Shown: in pieces, positions 37,141 to 48,660 of the stretch
Position numbering within the stretch: position 1 is the stretch's first letter
Layout of the letters: each line of letters starts with the position of its first letter
Source of the DNA: Raillietiella orientalis
Taxonomy: Eukaryota
Reading direction: 5' to 3'
DNA: 64,000 nt
NCBI GenBank assembly: GCA_036172245.1
Contig: JAYWIR010000017.1
Coordinates: 2,976,001 to 3,040,000, forward strand
Notes under the pieces: generated by a model
The model's database searches: none
What the model was told of the DNA's origin: nothing
Seen by the model: only the letters and a program-made list of their open reading frames with translations
Program-made: the position numbers and the translations under genes

Positions 37141-38849
37141 ATGTGAGGAATGCATATGCAAAGGAGATTTCCTGAATCCCTAAATTAAGTTTGAAAAATG
37201 CAAGGCGAAGTTTTTGGTCTTCTAGCACGATGCGGAGTTTGTAAGGGGACCTACACGCTCCTACCTAGAATAAGCAGCCAGAGAGCAGCAAACTTTCGCA
37301 TGTTATAAAGTTTACCACAGTTTCAAGGGCGCGTATCCCTCCGCATCTCATTTTCGCTTAGCAAAAACCACAGAATCCACTTCCTCCCAGGGTGCATTTG
37401 ATGAGATTCTGCAATTCTTCTGTTTATTGGGAGAAAGATATCAGCACATATTCCCTGAAGAGTTTACGAACCCCAGCCTCTTCAAGGCTAGGGCCGCAAG
37501 CGCTACAAAGCACACGTGGTGTGACTTCCCTGGTTAGCTTCAGGAGTTTCCTTTGTGAAAGGAAGATTGACCGATTGCTCTGTGTGGAAGAGAGCATAGC
37601 GAAGAGCGATATTTTATGTTGAAGACAACAGGATGTGATCACACGGTTCTCTTTGGAGCTCCATCAAACAGAATCCAATTCGTACTCATGGACGAAGGAA
37701 CCATTGCCTTTGATGTTTATTATAGGAATGCCTTTTATTAGTTCTGAGAATTTCCACCCCTCTAACTCAATGCATGTTTGTCCCTACGATGATTAATCCT
37801 CTAGCAGACATGGGAGATGGATGCTGGCAGCATTCAACCAGCCTAGACCTAGGACCGTCGCCTCAAGTCTACCACCTGGCTTGGTTTTCCAGGCCGAGGA
37901 ACAACTCGTTATTGCTTAGCGTCTCCTGCTCCTCCTTTAAGTCTGAGACAGCATCCATCGTACACCTCAAAACGAGAGCAACACGTTTTGTTCTCACCGG
38001 TTGCCGCTTGAGCTTTCGGAAGTTTGGCGATGCGGAACTACTGGAAGTCCGATCCAGAAACGCTGATGGTAACAACTCAGGAATGCAATGAGTTTGCGGG
38101 AAGCAAAATCCCAATTCAGGTTTTCCTTTCGAGGCTGGAGGAATGGTTGGGTCCCCGGTTCGGAGAAAAATAGGTGAAGAACTGGGATCCTATCAGGTTC
38201 CCGGAGCGGGATAGCTGGATGCCGCTCCCATAGAAATGAGAGCGCCTTGCGTGCTCTCAAAGTTTGGATGCTTTTGGAGTTCAACTTCTCAGAGATCCAG
38301 GGAATTGCTAACCTTGGCATCAGGGTGAGAACTCTCTTCAGCCTGAAGCAGGAAGCATTTCTCTCCCCTTTTTTCCTTCTAATTCGAACATCGCTCTGCT
38401 GTGGCTTCTTTTTCGACCGGAAGCGGCAGCGAAGGAGCTGCTCGGCGTGACTCAAGGGGCTGTCTACGCTCTCCGAAGTACAAAAAAAAGGTCTTCGCCT
38501 CCATTCTGATGTAGAGGATGTGGATACCTGAGTCACTTGGTGAAAATAGAGGTGCAAACATCAGCTGGTCACTAAAAAATAAGAATAGAGTTTCCCTTCC
38601 AATCTGAAGAGTAGGCGCTGACCCGAGCTTCATCGTGGTGAAGAAGGAGAGAAACAAGAGGAAGTCAGTCACTGAAGAGCTCTCTCCTCCACCCAAAGCG
38701 TCGGTGGACAGCAGTGTTACCGAGGAGGAGGAGAAGCAGCGAAGAAGCAGTGACCACACGCGAAGAAGTCCGTCCGGACGAGACGGAAGAGGAGCAGAAG
38801 GCGATCCTACTCCTACTCTGCCAACTACAGAACAGGGTGATAAAGGCGC

Positions 38850-40670
38850 TCGTGACTATAAAAAAAAAAAAAAAAAAAACAGGCTGCAGGCGGTGCTCCA
38901 GGTGAAGAATTTGGTGAGATCCAATTTCCTCCAGCCGACCTGCCGTGGACGCGTTCCCCGCACTGGAAACTACGCGGGTTGCCCGCCCGGCACGGGAGTT
39001 GGGCTGCACTGACTACCTGGGGGAGTTTCGTTCTGCGGAGCGGAGACAAACAGCGTCTCCCAGGCAGAAGAAGAAACGGAAAAGGAAATCCCTGAGATAA
39101 TCCCCGATGGTCTCATTCCTGTCGTCCTCCCGGACTACCGAGATGGCCTCCTGGGACGCCATAGGCATGTTGAAACTAGGAGATAACAAGAAGAATTATC
39201 TCCACCATAAGCGTGATGGCATCTTGTGTCTACGGCAAAAGCACAAGATGCACTATCAGCCCGCGCTGGAGGTCTTGTGGCCACGGCGGCTATTGCGTGT
39301 GAGGTACCACGCTTTGCGGATTCGAATCCTACCCGGGGGAAGATCGATGCCGAGGAATAGAAGCGTCGTGGTTTTGAGTTCCTCCCGCAGAGTGACACTG
39401 GTTGGCCAGTAGGCTTCGAGTGCGGCACCGATTGACACCCAGTCACGCCGAGGAGTTTATTTATAAAATAAACCTACATGTCTGTGGCAGGACGTTCGAT
39501 CCTGCTACGTTACTTATAACTACGAGGAGGAACCTGCCGGGATCTGGCATGCAGGCCAGCGGGGTTCGCCTCGGCAGCACAAGGGAAGGGGAGACAAACA
39601 AAAAGAAAAGAGTAAAACGAAAAATGCAGTCGAAGAATAAGATGGTTCGGGAAGGATCACTGTGTGTCCAGCACTTACTTGGATGTCCTCTGCATCCTTG
39701 TAAGGATGCCGGCAATTTCCTGTTTCGGCACTCCCAGATGGGGCCATCTTGACGTTGTTCTCATGAAGAGGACAGCAAACTAGATGGCGTTCATGTCGTT
39801 CTGGTCTCTGGCGTTGCTTTATGCAGCCGCAATCCCTCGGAGGCGCTGCTAGGGATGCGGTCAGCGTGAGGGAGTCGCACAGGAAGAGGCTCTTTGAAAG
39901 GTCTCTGGCGTTGACGCCGGAGGTTCCAAGGGTCGCGGCAAAGCATCCCCAAAGGGGCCTGAGAGCAACACAGCCCACTAGAAAGTGCGGAAGGGATTCT
40001 CTCTCCCCACACCTTGTACAGTTTGGGTCCAGACACGCCCGTGTCCACTGATACAAGCGGGCGTTGCATGGAAGGCCCCAGCGCAGCCACATCAACGCCG
40101 ATTCCTGCCACCCTAAGGGGAGGTATGAGTGCGGCACTAATGAAAGCCGAAAACCTTCAAATGACCCCACTGACTGGCCGGGATGGGAATTCGACCCTCC
40201 GGGGTTCTTTCAGGAACAAAGAAGTCGGTTCCCTTAGGGTTCTCCCTTCGGTTGTGAAAGTGGAGCCGTTACCACGGAGCTGGTTGACACTCTCCTCGGG
40301 GAGTTGCCTCTCCAGGATGTAGGGAGTTCTCTGCTCTTCTCGGGGTTCTTTTCAGAGGAGGAGGAAACGAGTTGTTTCCTTACGGGTTCCCTTCGGAGAA
40401 GAAGTGAGGAGCAGTCCCACCCGGGGTCAGGGACTCCTCCAGAAAGCATTAAGAAGGGGTTGCCTCCCAAGCGTGATAGAGGGACGGACTCCTTCCGCCT
40501 CCGGAGCCTTCCTGAATTCATAGGGTGCTCTCTGACTCAAATAGGGACACGCATCCTCAGGTGGCGTGGACAGTATTAAGGAGCTTCGGGGGTTCCTCTG
40601 TCCCCTAGGGAGGCGAGAGGCACTTCAGCACTTTGCGAAGCCCCCCTCCCTTGAAAAAAAAAAAAAAAAC
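38850..40670 (+). mobile_element. ORF1 (gag-like) repeat family, copy A, interrupted by an L1 3' fragment
   Basis: Removing 39429-40137 restores the contiguous sequence seen in copies B and C (GFEFLPQSDTGWPVGFECGT|NESRK...ELVDTLLGELPLQDV...LRWRGQY). A16 run at 40654-40669. Confidence 0.7.
39429..40126 (-). mobile_element. 5'-truncated L1/Tx1-like insertion (zf-RVT plus 3' UTR) with 11-bp TSD
   Basis: WLRWGLPCNARL...CTRCGERESLPHFLVGCVALRPLW (zf-RVT). Flanked by GAGTGCGGCAC at 39418-39428 and 40127-40137. AATAAA on the minus strand at 39456-39461. Confidence 0.9.
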
Positions 40671-40699
40671 CTGTAAGGCAAAAACCCGAACAGGATTTC

Positions 40700-41460
40700 C
40701 ATCGTTCCAGACTGCCTGGTACTCGAGCGATGCCTGGATGCCCAGCGGAATGTGACAATTCGTGTGGAATTCAGAACAACATGCAACGCGTCCACGAGGT
40801 GTTCTCTCAAACAGTGTTAGTAGTAAGCTGCTGAAACCCTTGCCGAGTTTTTGTCGAAAAAAAAAGATACATTGTCGGCAACCACACTGCTTGTCGGGCC
40901 TAGAAACAACTGTGCCCTCTTATTCGTGTCCAAGGAGAACAGTCTGCTGGTGATGAAAAGAAGCAGATCATTTTCCGTCAGTAGCTCCAGTTTTAGGAAG
41001 CCAATGTTTGCTGTTGCCTTGGGGTAACAGGAGGCTGGGGAGCAGCCTTGCAAGAAGGCCCGAGCCAAAGTCTGTGATGTCGATCTTTCGAGATTCGTGC
41101 TAGCGGACACACCTTCATCCTTTTTTGTGCTCGCTTCCCTACTGCGGAGTCCTTTCCTATGCGGTGGTGCTTCCCGACCTTTTAGAATTTTGCTGGTCTT
41201 CCCGCAGCTCCTGCCCCTGTTTCTCACATGATCACCCCCTCCCTCATATCGAAGGATTTTGGTACGAGAGTTGCTACTGTAGCTCATGCCACAACAACGA
41301 GTGGATGCCGTTATGTGCACAGTTTTTGTGCAGCCACCAGCTGCTGACAGCCATCTTGCCTTCCCCGTGAAGCAGGGGAGAGTGGCTTCAGACAACACTT
41401 TTCCACGCAGTGGCAAGCACTCGGAGCAGTGGCAAGCACTCCAGTAATATGGAAGACGCA
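40700..41460 (-). mobile_element. Decayed L1/Tx1-like thumb-region fragment
   Basis: ORF 40817-41461 contains LPLRGKVL (LSLRGKVL-like) followed about 50 residues later by ILRYEGGG (LPxxEGGxG-like). Confidence 0.45.
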
Positions 41461-41699
41461 CGTTTATTTATAGACAGTGTCTGTTCATGACCCACGGAAG
41501 CAGAGCAGAGATATGCACGGCATTTTCAGGGAGGTTTTTATATTCCTCCGGCTCCTGGTAACGAGAAAAGCTCTCCTTTCCCTAACTACAGTCCTGGGTA
41601 CTGTTCGGCTACATGTTGCAATTCACAGTTCTCTTGTCTGTTGACTTGTGCGAAAGTTTTTTTTTTTTTCAAAGATCATTCCAGATCCAAATTAAGATT

Positions 41700-42250
41700 G
41701 TACGAAATCTTCCGCTCCTATCTAAACGGAGATTCTTCTTGAAGGTGGAAATCCTCTACACGCTTCTTTCAGATTAATTCTCGTTTTAATTGTCTGCAAT
41801 GAGTGCTTGATGGGCAATACAGTCCATGATGACTGCAGACTCTTCACCGTCTCCACCTTTGAGTCTTCCTAACCCAATTACTCCTAACCCAATTTTGGAT
41901 CGTTCGATACTCCAGACGAAGCCGTAGTCTTCCAGGCAGGCTACTGAATCGGGGCTCGTGGTCCATGCGATGAATTCAGTGTACGTTCCGTGAATGCTGA
42001 ATGCTCGAACACATCATTGCTTTTCTTAGGTTCGAGCAGTCCTCAGCACCGAGTCGTTTCTTGGATACAGGCTACCAGCAGTTTCGCGAAAAGCAATCGC
42101 ACAGAAGCAGGCACTCTTGAAAACAGACGTGCAGCCTGTTCCTGTCATTCAGTGCGTCGTGTCCTCCAGAGCTGCAGAACAATTCTCGAAAAGACAGTAA
42201 ACGTCCAGTAATGATGAAGAATCAAGTTTCTGGTGGAGATGTGAGTTGTT
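41700..42250 (-). mobile_element. hAT-superfamily (SPIN/GTF2IRD2-like) transposase remnant
   Basis: Minus strand in order: FKSACFCAIAFRETA (FSIALDESTD-like), SIHGTYT (PLHGTTT-like), LEDYGFVWS (GLxWS-like), GLGRLK...IMDCIAHQAL (HCIIHQxAL CxxH motif). No TIRs identified. Confidence 0.6.
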
Positions 42251-43110
42251 GACACTAGCTGTCATTTGGCTGAAGACCGCCGGTGTCCTAGAGTTATCGA
42301 GTAGCCCTTTTGATTTTTCTCTACCAGATCATCAAGTCTTCCGGTAATGAAGTAGCAGTTCCTCATACAATGACTGAGGATATGTGGGTGCGACCTTTCC
42401 CAAGCCACACGCGCCCCGCACGTGAGTTCCTCGTTATTCCTGATTGACGTCGTCCATACCAGTGGTACGTCCATTCGTGCTGCATAAAACAAATCGATGG
42501 TCAGCAGCCTCAGATGCTTTCCGCTAAGCAAGGAATGATCACAATTACACACCTCGAAGCCAGGGAATGCGCCGATGCACCACCATCTTCTTAGACCGTC
42601 GCGAGACAGGTTGGTTTTATCATATCGATGAATGGTCGTTACGATGGAAACCCTGTTCAGTACGAGGTGAACTGCAAGTTCGGACATTCGTTACGCGTTC
42701 TTGGTCGAACGGCCAGCGGAGAGGAACTGCCATCCTCCGGATTATGAACGAACGCCTCTGAGGCAGAATCTGCCCTAGTCGAGAGCAATGATGCCTTCGC
42801 ACCTCCGGCGTCGGGTGCACAGGTTAGATGTGAGCTGGGACTTTCCTTCCGTTCTCTAGGGGTGGGTCCCGCGGCTGCCGCCAAGTCCTGGCTAGAGAGA
42901 AAACCTCCGGTGCCCTTTCGGGTAGCGCTGAGAGCGTCTGAGCGCGGAGTGACTCTGTCCGCGGATACGCGTGTTTTCGTAATCCCGATCGTATCGGGTA
43001 TCTCCCGTGGCGAACGTGGAGGTGGCAAATAGTCCGTAGACGATCTGTGTACCGACCAAAGTGCATCATCTAGTAGAGCCAGCCACCGCTCTGAAATCTG
43101 TTGAGGTCCA
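42250..43110 (-). mobile_element. Second NeSL/Utopia-like fragment (post-RT region to CCHC knuckle)
   Basis: SGKHLRL...FYAARMDVPL...TCGARVAWERSHPHILSHCM....ITGRLDDLV matches the GxxxRFxxWRFIHxARLxxxPL...CxxC...ETLPHxLxHC...TxRHxxxV pattern. Upstream ALSATRKGTGGF resembles the LYxxxxxGxxG motif. Confidence 0.65.
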
Positions 43111-43134
43111 ACCCTTCTGACCGAGGATTTGTTC

Positions 43135-43286
43135 GCAGGTGGCCTTCCCTGATTCGAACGCTGCTTCACAAGAGAATGCCGTGCTTGCCGGATTGTCTGC
43201 CAACAAGATGTGAACCTGCGTCTTTTGTTCCGTTAAATTCCGGTTCTTCCAGAGTCATCTTGGGTTCTTCATGTTCGAAAATCCAG
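43135..43286 (+). pseudogene. 3' part of an unidentified exon (copy 1)
   Basis: Aligns in inverted orientation with 47158-47310. Homology ends at CCAG|GTTA, a splice-donor-like site. Confidence 0.5.
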
Positions 43287-45373
43287 GTTACCCTGCGTCT
43301 GACCACAGGCTTATTGCTCAGCGCCTCTGTCGTCGCTTCGCTTGCTGAACTCCTGGAGATCACTTTGAGCCTGAACCATTTTACGTCTCCAGCTGTAAAA
43401 GACAGACGAAACCAGAAATGAAAAATCCAGCATCTTGAAGAACCGTTAGAACGCTCGCTTCCTGTTGTTGCCTTTCCGGAAAAACAAGGAGGCAGAGAAT
43501 CCGACAAAACCTAATGGCTGCATTTTTTTTTTTCCTGCCACCGTGCGTAAGGTCCACCGCAGTGGATCTTGAAGGTCGACTCTGAAGAAGTTAACAAGTT
43601 AACAAGCAGCGCAGAAAGGAATCATCCGATCGTGATTCTCGGAGAGTTAAAGGTAATTTCCTTCATCATCTTTTTCCAGATGCTTGTGAAAGCATGGAAA
43701 GTCAGCAGACTGGAGGAGTGCCTTGACTGCAAGCAAAAGCAAGCGCAGCATGCATCAGTAAGGCAGATGAAGCAACGAGAACTTTGAAGGTGAAAGTTCA
43801 CGTACTGACTTTTTTGTCAGTTCCAACAAAAAAAAAGAGAAAAAAGAAAGACAGAGGGAAGAGTATGGTGACAAAAAATCAGTTGCGCGATCAGAGATCG
43901 ATCCGTTCAATCAAAGATTGACAAATGAAAATTTTTACAAACCAGCAGCAGCATCTTTTACAAACTCTTCGTTGGCCCCTTTTGGCATCCTTGGGATGAT
44001 GACTGAGCATATGCTTCGAAAACATACCTGCACGTTGCGCATTCTGCGTGATGGTGTGAGCAGATCCACAGTGTATCCATATTAAAAAAACACGAATAGC
44101 CATTAGAAGCTCTTCGACATTTCAGACTTTTTTTCTCCTTCCTTCCATCAGCTTGTATGTCTTTTTGCTGCTCACACTGTGCAGACTTTCGTACCCATAA
44201 AACAGGCGCGTTCCGATTTCCTCTAGAGGAGTAGGCACGTCTTCATTCGAGCTCTTGGTCCATCTCACCATGACCTCCATTCGTTTCGAAAGCACTTTCT
44301 CTCTGCAAATTTCACACGGCTTCGAGCATTTGAAAAAAATTTTCGCTTTGAGATGTTTCTGTCGATGGTTTTCGCCTCTCCTGGCTCGGGCGAGCTCAAG
44401 AAACCACCGACCGTTTGCTGAGCTCGTGTTTTTTGCAAATGCATACTTCGGACACGTGTTTTCTGTACCAGCCACATGAGACCGCAGGTCGAAATCGTCC
44501 AGTGCTCCTGCTTTATTCGGTGGACTGGGACGGTTGCCACCCAGAACAGCAGAACAGCAAACTTCAAGTATAGCACGGTGCACCTCCCTGCTTCGAAACT
44601 TTTGCCTCCCCTTTGAAGCTGCTGTTGTCACTGAAGCGTAGCATTTCCTTGACAAATAACGGGCAAGTGAATGTGTATTTAGAAGGCATGATAACCCTTA
44701 GCCACGTAACTTTTCACCTCACAAGAGATTGTTTGGATAGGCACACTTGCAGACAGGCACCCGGTGTAGTCTTGAGCTGGAACACCTCTCTTCCTCTTTT
44801 CCCTTGTAGTGGAGTGATCGTGATTGACGTATGCATTTTGGTACTTCACATGCAATTCACAGTTATCAACTCCTTGCAGATTATGCTCTGTTGCTCTTCT
44901 TCCGCTCCTGCTGTTTTAGATAGAAACAGACGATGCAGAGCCACTGCGCTTCTTCTATTAAGAAAAGTTTTCATTAATGTTTCATTGAACAGAGCAGCTT
45001 GTAACGCAGCTTTCCAATCAAGCACGCTCTAGTCGTTCTAGTCTTCAGTTCCTCCTAATGAATGTGCCGAAATTTGTTCTCAGCTGGCTACTGATGTGCG
45101 TAATCTCAGTGTACACGCTCTCGTTTTCACAGGATCCGTTACGGAGCCATTTATAAAATTTCGAGGAGATCGAGAACCGTCTTTCAGCAGGGAAAAACAA
45201 AAAAAAACAAAAACAGATGCAGGAAAAATTCAGCAGTTAAGGAGGTAGCAGCACTTCAACATCCATTCAAACTGCCTTTTAATATCTTAAAATTCATCAA
45301 GGCTCGTTGCAGTCGCTGAAACATCTGGAGAATTCGTAACGGTGTGTTGATTTTCAATAGTCCAATTTTGCAG

Positions 45374-45590
45374 AAAGCCCGCTTGCGCGTCTGGGGTCTC
45401 CTTCAACCAATGATCTTGGGAAAAACCCGCCGATACGGTAATGAATATTTGTCCTGGAAGTTCTGGTTCTTCTCCGGACCTCTCCAATCATCTGTTCCTA
45501 CCTGATCCCCGGCACCGACAGTTCCCGCCACTGCGATGCTGACTGAGTCAGAATCCGAGAGTATGAAGAATTCATAGACCAGCGGAAAAA
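45374..45590 (+). pseudogene. 5' part of an unidentified exon (copy 2)
   Basis: Aligns in inverted orientation with ~47330-47550. Homology begins at the acceptor-like CAATTTTGCAG|. Confidence 0.5.
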
Positions 45591-45599
45591 AATCAAGTT

Positions 45600-46900
45600 T
45601 TCCATCAATAAAGGAATCTCTCTAATCTCCCCCCCATTGATTCCTGGATTTAATTTTTTAAGAACAATCAGGAGGGAAGCTATCTTCCGTTTGATTACCT
45701 TCAGGAACGCTCGAACTGAGAACCCAGGAAAACCACCCATCCAGAGCAAAGCCTACATGAATTATTCAACCATTTCTTTTAATTCCTGGATATGCACTTA
45801 CTTTGCAAGACATTGGGAACCATCAGAGCCAAAAAATAAATTGGCGAAGCTGGCAGGACGCGATCGTTGGTTCTTATGTGCTAAAATACCATTTCTTCCC
45901 TCAAGGCGTACCGAAGGATTTGTCTCACAAGCTTGCACGGATCGAAAAAGCCTGGAACGCCGAGTCCATTCCAAACTCGGGATGCAGCACTCCTGTTTGA
46001 GAAAATGAAAGCTCTTCCCTTCTACTCGGTTCCCCGGCCCCACTCCTCCATCCGCACTTTGCCGGGTGGCATCTGTCCGTTGCCCTCCCACTCTGTTCGG
46101 ACAGCGCTTCGAAAGCACCGTTTCCAAGTGAGATTTCTTCATCCGAAAACCTTGCCGAAAACCTCCTCGCAACGTAAAACCACGCAACAGCGCATCACTC
46201 GTGGTTCGGTTGCTCGCTGGTCGCAACTTCGAGAGCCCCTCCAGTTCCACAACTCTCTCAAAGAGAGGAGAGTTGCTGATCCAACAGCTTCCAGTAAGGT
46301 ATGTGCATCAGACACTTCCCAAAGAGGCTGCGCTTCGGAACTTCTCGGATAACTCATGGACGCCTTCCACACTCCAAGCAGCCGTTTCGTCCACGCTCGC
46401 TTGCAAAAATGAGAAAAATGCAAAAATGAGAACTCTTCTTTCAGTTAACTGGGGTTGCCGGCGAGAATTCCAAGGAGCTTCGCCAAATGCAACAGATCGA
46501 TTTCTCAGCGGCTGAACCCAGTGTCTCTCAGTTGACATCATTCCCGAGGTCAGAAGCCGCAGGGCAGACACTTGGTTTTTCATTTCTGTGACTCGCTCTT
46601 CCAAGAATCACTTTTTCCAGTTACCGAGTCTCTTGGTTCTTTCCCAAGTTCATTCAAGACAAGAAATGGCCTGCAAGGGACTGTGAGTTCTGCCGACTGG
46701 TTCTGGTTCGCTCAGTACAACCTCTCTGAGGCCTTGAATCCAACAGGATTGCTGTCAAACATCTGGCTTGCAAAGGGGTGTCTGGTGTTGAAGTCCTGAT
46801 TCCAGAGGATAGACTGAGCTAACCCTGTTCCTTCCAGGACAGTGCATGAAGAAATCGCAGTGGGTGATGGAATAGATAGAGAGCTAAGAGAGCAACCATC
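45600..46900 (+). mobile_element. Decayed L1-like ORF2 3' fragment
   Basis: AIVGSYVLKYHFFPQGVPKDLSHKLARI (thumb region), GMQHSCL..MKAL, and QCLS...HLVFHFC (zf-RVT-like, ~46520-46590). Confidence 0.45.
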
Positions 46901-47157
46901 TCTTGAGTGTTCGATAACGGAGTCCAGTCAAGTTAACAGCTCAGGGAGAAAGGTGACGACAACTGTGATCAACCTGTAAAGCAGACCGAGCAACTCTCAG
47001 GTCGAAACCGATGCATCTGGCAAAAACCAACTATTCTTGTTTCAGACATTGGTCACTATAATGTCGAGACAGTCATCTCAGACGTTGGCTGCACCTCTTT
47101 TTTTTTATTTTTTGGAAAAGAGTAGTATCAACTGCTTTGTGTTTGGACTCAGCTAAC

Positions 47158-47550
47158 CTGGACTTTTGAACATGAAGAATCCAAGATGACCCTGGAAGAA
47201 GTGGCATCAAACGAAACCTAAAACGCAGGTTCACATTTGTTTGCGGACAATCCGGGAAGCATGGCATTTTCTTGTAAAGCAGCATTCAAATCGGGAAAGA
47301 TCACCTGCATTGGAGAAGATGGTGGTTTTCGGTAGCCCATGAGTTCTTCATACTCTTTGATCCTGACGCAGACAGCATCACAGAGATGGGAACGGTCGGT
47401 GCCAGGGATCAGGTAGGAACAAGTGATTGAAGAGATCCAGACGTGGCATAGAGAAGCACCAGAACCTCCAGAGCAAATCTTCATTACTGTATCGGCGGGT
47501 TTTTCTAAAGATCCTGGATGGAAAAGATCCCAAATGCGCAAGTGGACTTG
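47158..47550 (-). pseudogene. Unidentified 393-nt exon-like segment with one premature stop (copy 3)
   Basis: Bounded by a pyrimidine tract plus TTTTGTAG| and by CCAG|GTTAG. Length is 131 codons (QVHLRIWDLF...KPADTVMKIC...RIKEYEEL...CSKVQ) with a single TAG at 47218-47220. Confidence 0.5.
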
Positions 47551-48209
47551 CTACAAAATTGAGACAGGAAGATTACAAAAAAGTCCTCGCAAAGAGCTTC
47601 GCGTGTCACACTGCAGCCCAGAAAGGAGGGAAGGCACTCACAGCCGGAAGGCAAAGTGTATCTGCAGTAGGGCAAAGCGAGATCCTATGCTATAAGGTTC
47701 GAACGGACTCTTTCACCCCCATTACCTAGTCATCACTCCGCGTTCCTTTGTGGAATTCATATTTGAGAGGGAGGTTCTGAAAACTCGCTTGTGAGCAGAA
47801 ATTTGGAAAGTAATGACTCCATGAACACTGTAATCGTCCACAGTTCTATCATCAAATTGCTTCCTTGAGGGTACTATGATGGTGCATAAGAATGGAGCTT
47901 AATGACTTCAGTCCTGAAAAGTGACTGACTGTATTCACTAAAGTGCCTATCAGGGATTTTCTACCCAGTCGAAAGAGATGTTTTCGAGAAATTAAATAGC
48001 CGTCATTACTTTTAGGTTACTGTAGTAAACACTGTCTAAGTGTCCATTTGTCAGTATCAATTATACAATTTTTCCGTAAGAGTCAGTTTGGCTAATGGGT
48101 TGTGTGCATTGGAATGGCTTGAGAACAGGTAAACAGATGACCGTGATTTGCGTCCCGAATTCGATAGGCCACATAAATCTTGCAGAGGAAAAGCTGCCCT
48201 GAGCTGATC

Positions 48210-48660
48210 GCGCTCTAGAAACTTTCATGTGGAACATTCGCAGTCTTGATGAGCGCCACGGAGCTCCTCCAAATACTCTCCTTGCACTCGTCGTCTTGAG
48301 GCAGCAGCAGCCATTTAGACCCAGTCCCACACACCCGGCGTGCCTGGATGGTGACGAAGCACAGGCGTTTCCCGTCGAAGGGGAATGCTGGAGCCGTCCA
48401 GCCCCCACGTCCAGGTCGACGCTGTTTCGCTGCATTCAGGGAACAGCATGTACTCAGCGTCTTTCCCTCTGTCGAATTCACCACCTGCGTTCCATCGCTT
48501 TCGCCTCCGTCCTCCCTACGAAGCCTATCATCCCATTCCGAGAGCCCATCAGAGGCAGCTTTGCACGTCTCTACGTGCCGAGCCGCTCGCGTTGCTTTGC
48601 GCTCCCACTTTGGCTAATTCTGGATTTTTCAGTTTCTTGGAACTCTATTGAGGCGGATCG
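48210..48660 (+). mobile_element. APE endonuclease N-terminal remnant of a non-LTR element
   Basis: FMWNIRSL (xWNxRGL start of APE) and LPLWLILDFS (PLILxGDFN-like) at plausible spacing. Confidence 0.5.

Noticed and set aside
41127..41137. GTGCTCGCTTC, matching the U6 snRNA 5' end
   Set aside because: Only 11 nt before divergence, which is too short to separate from chance.
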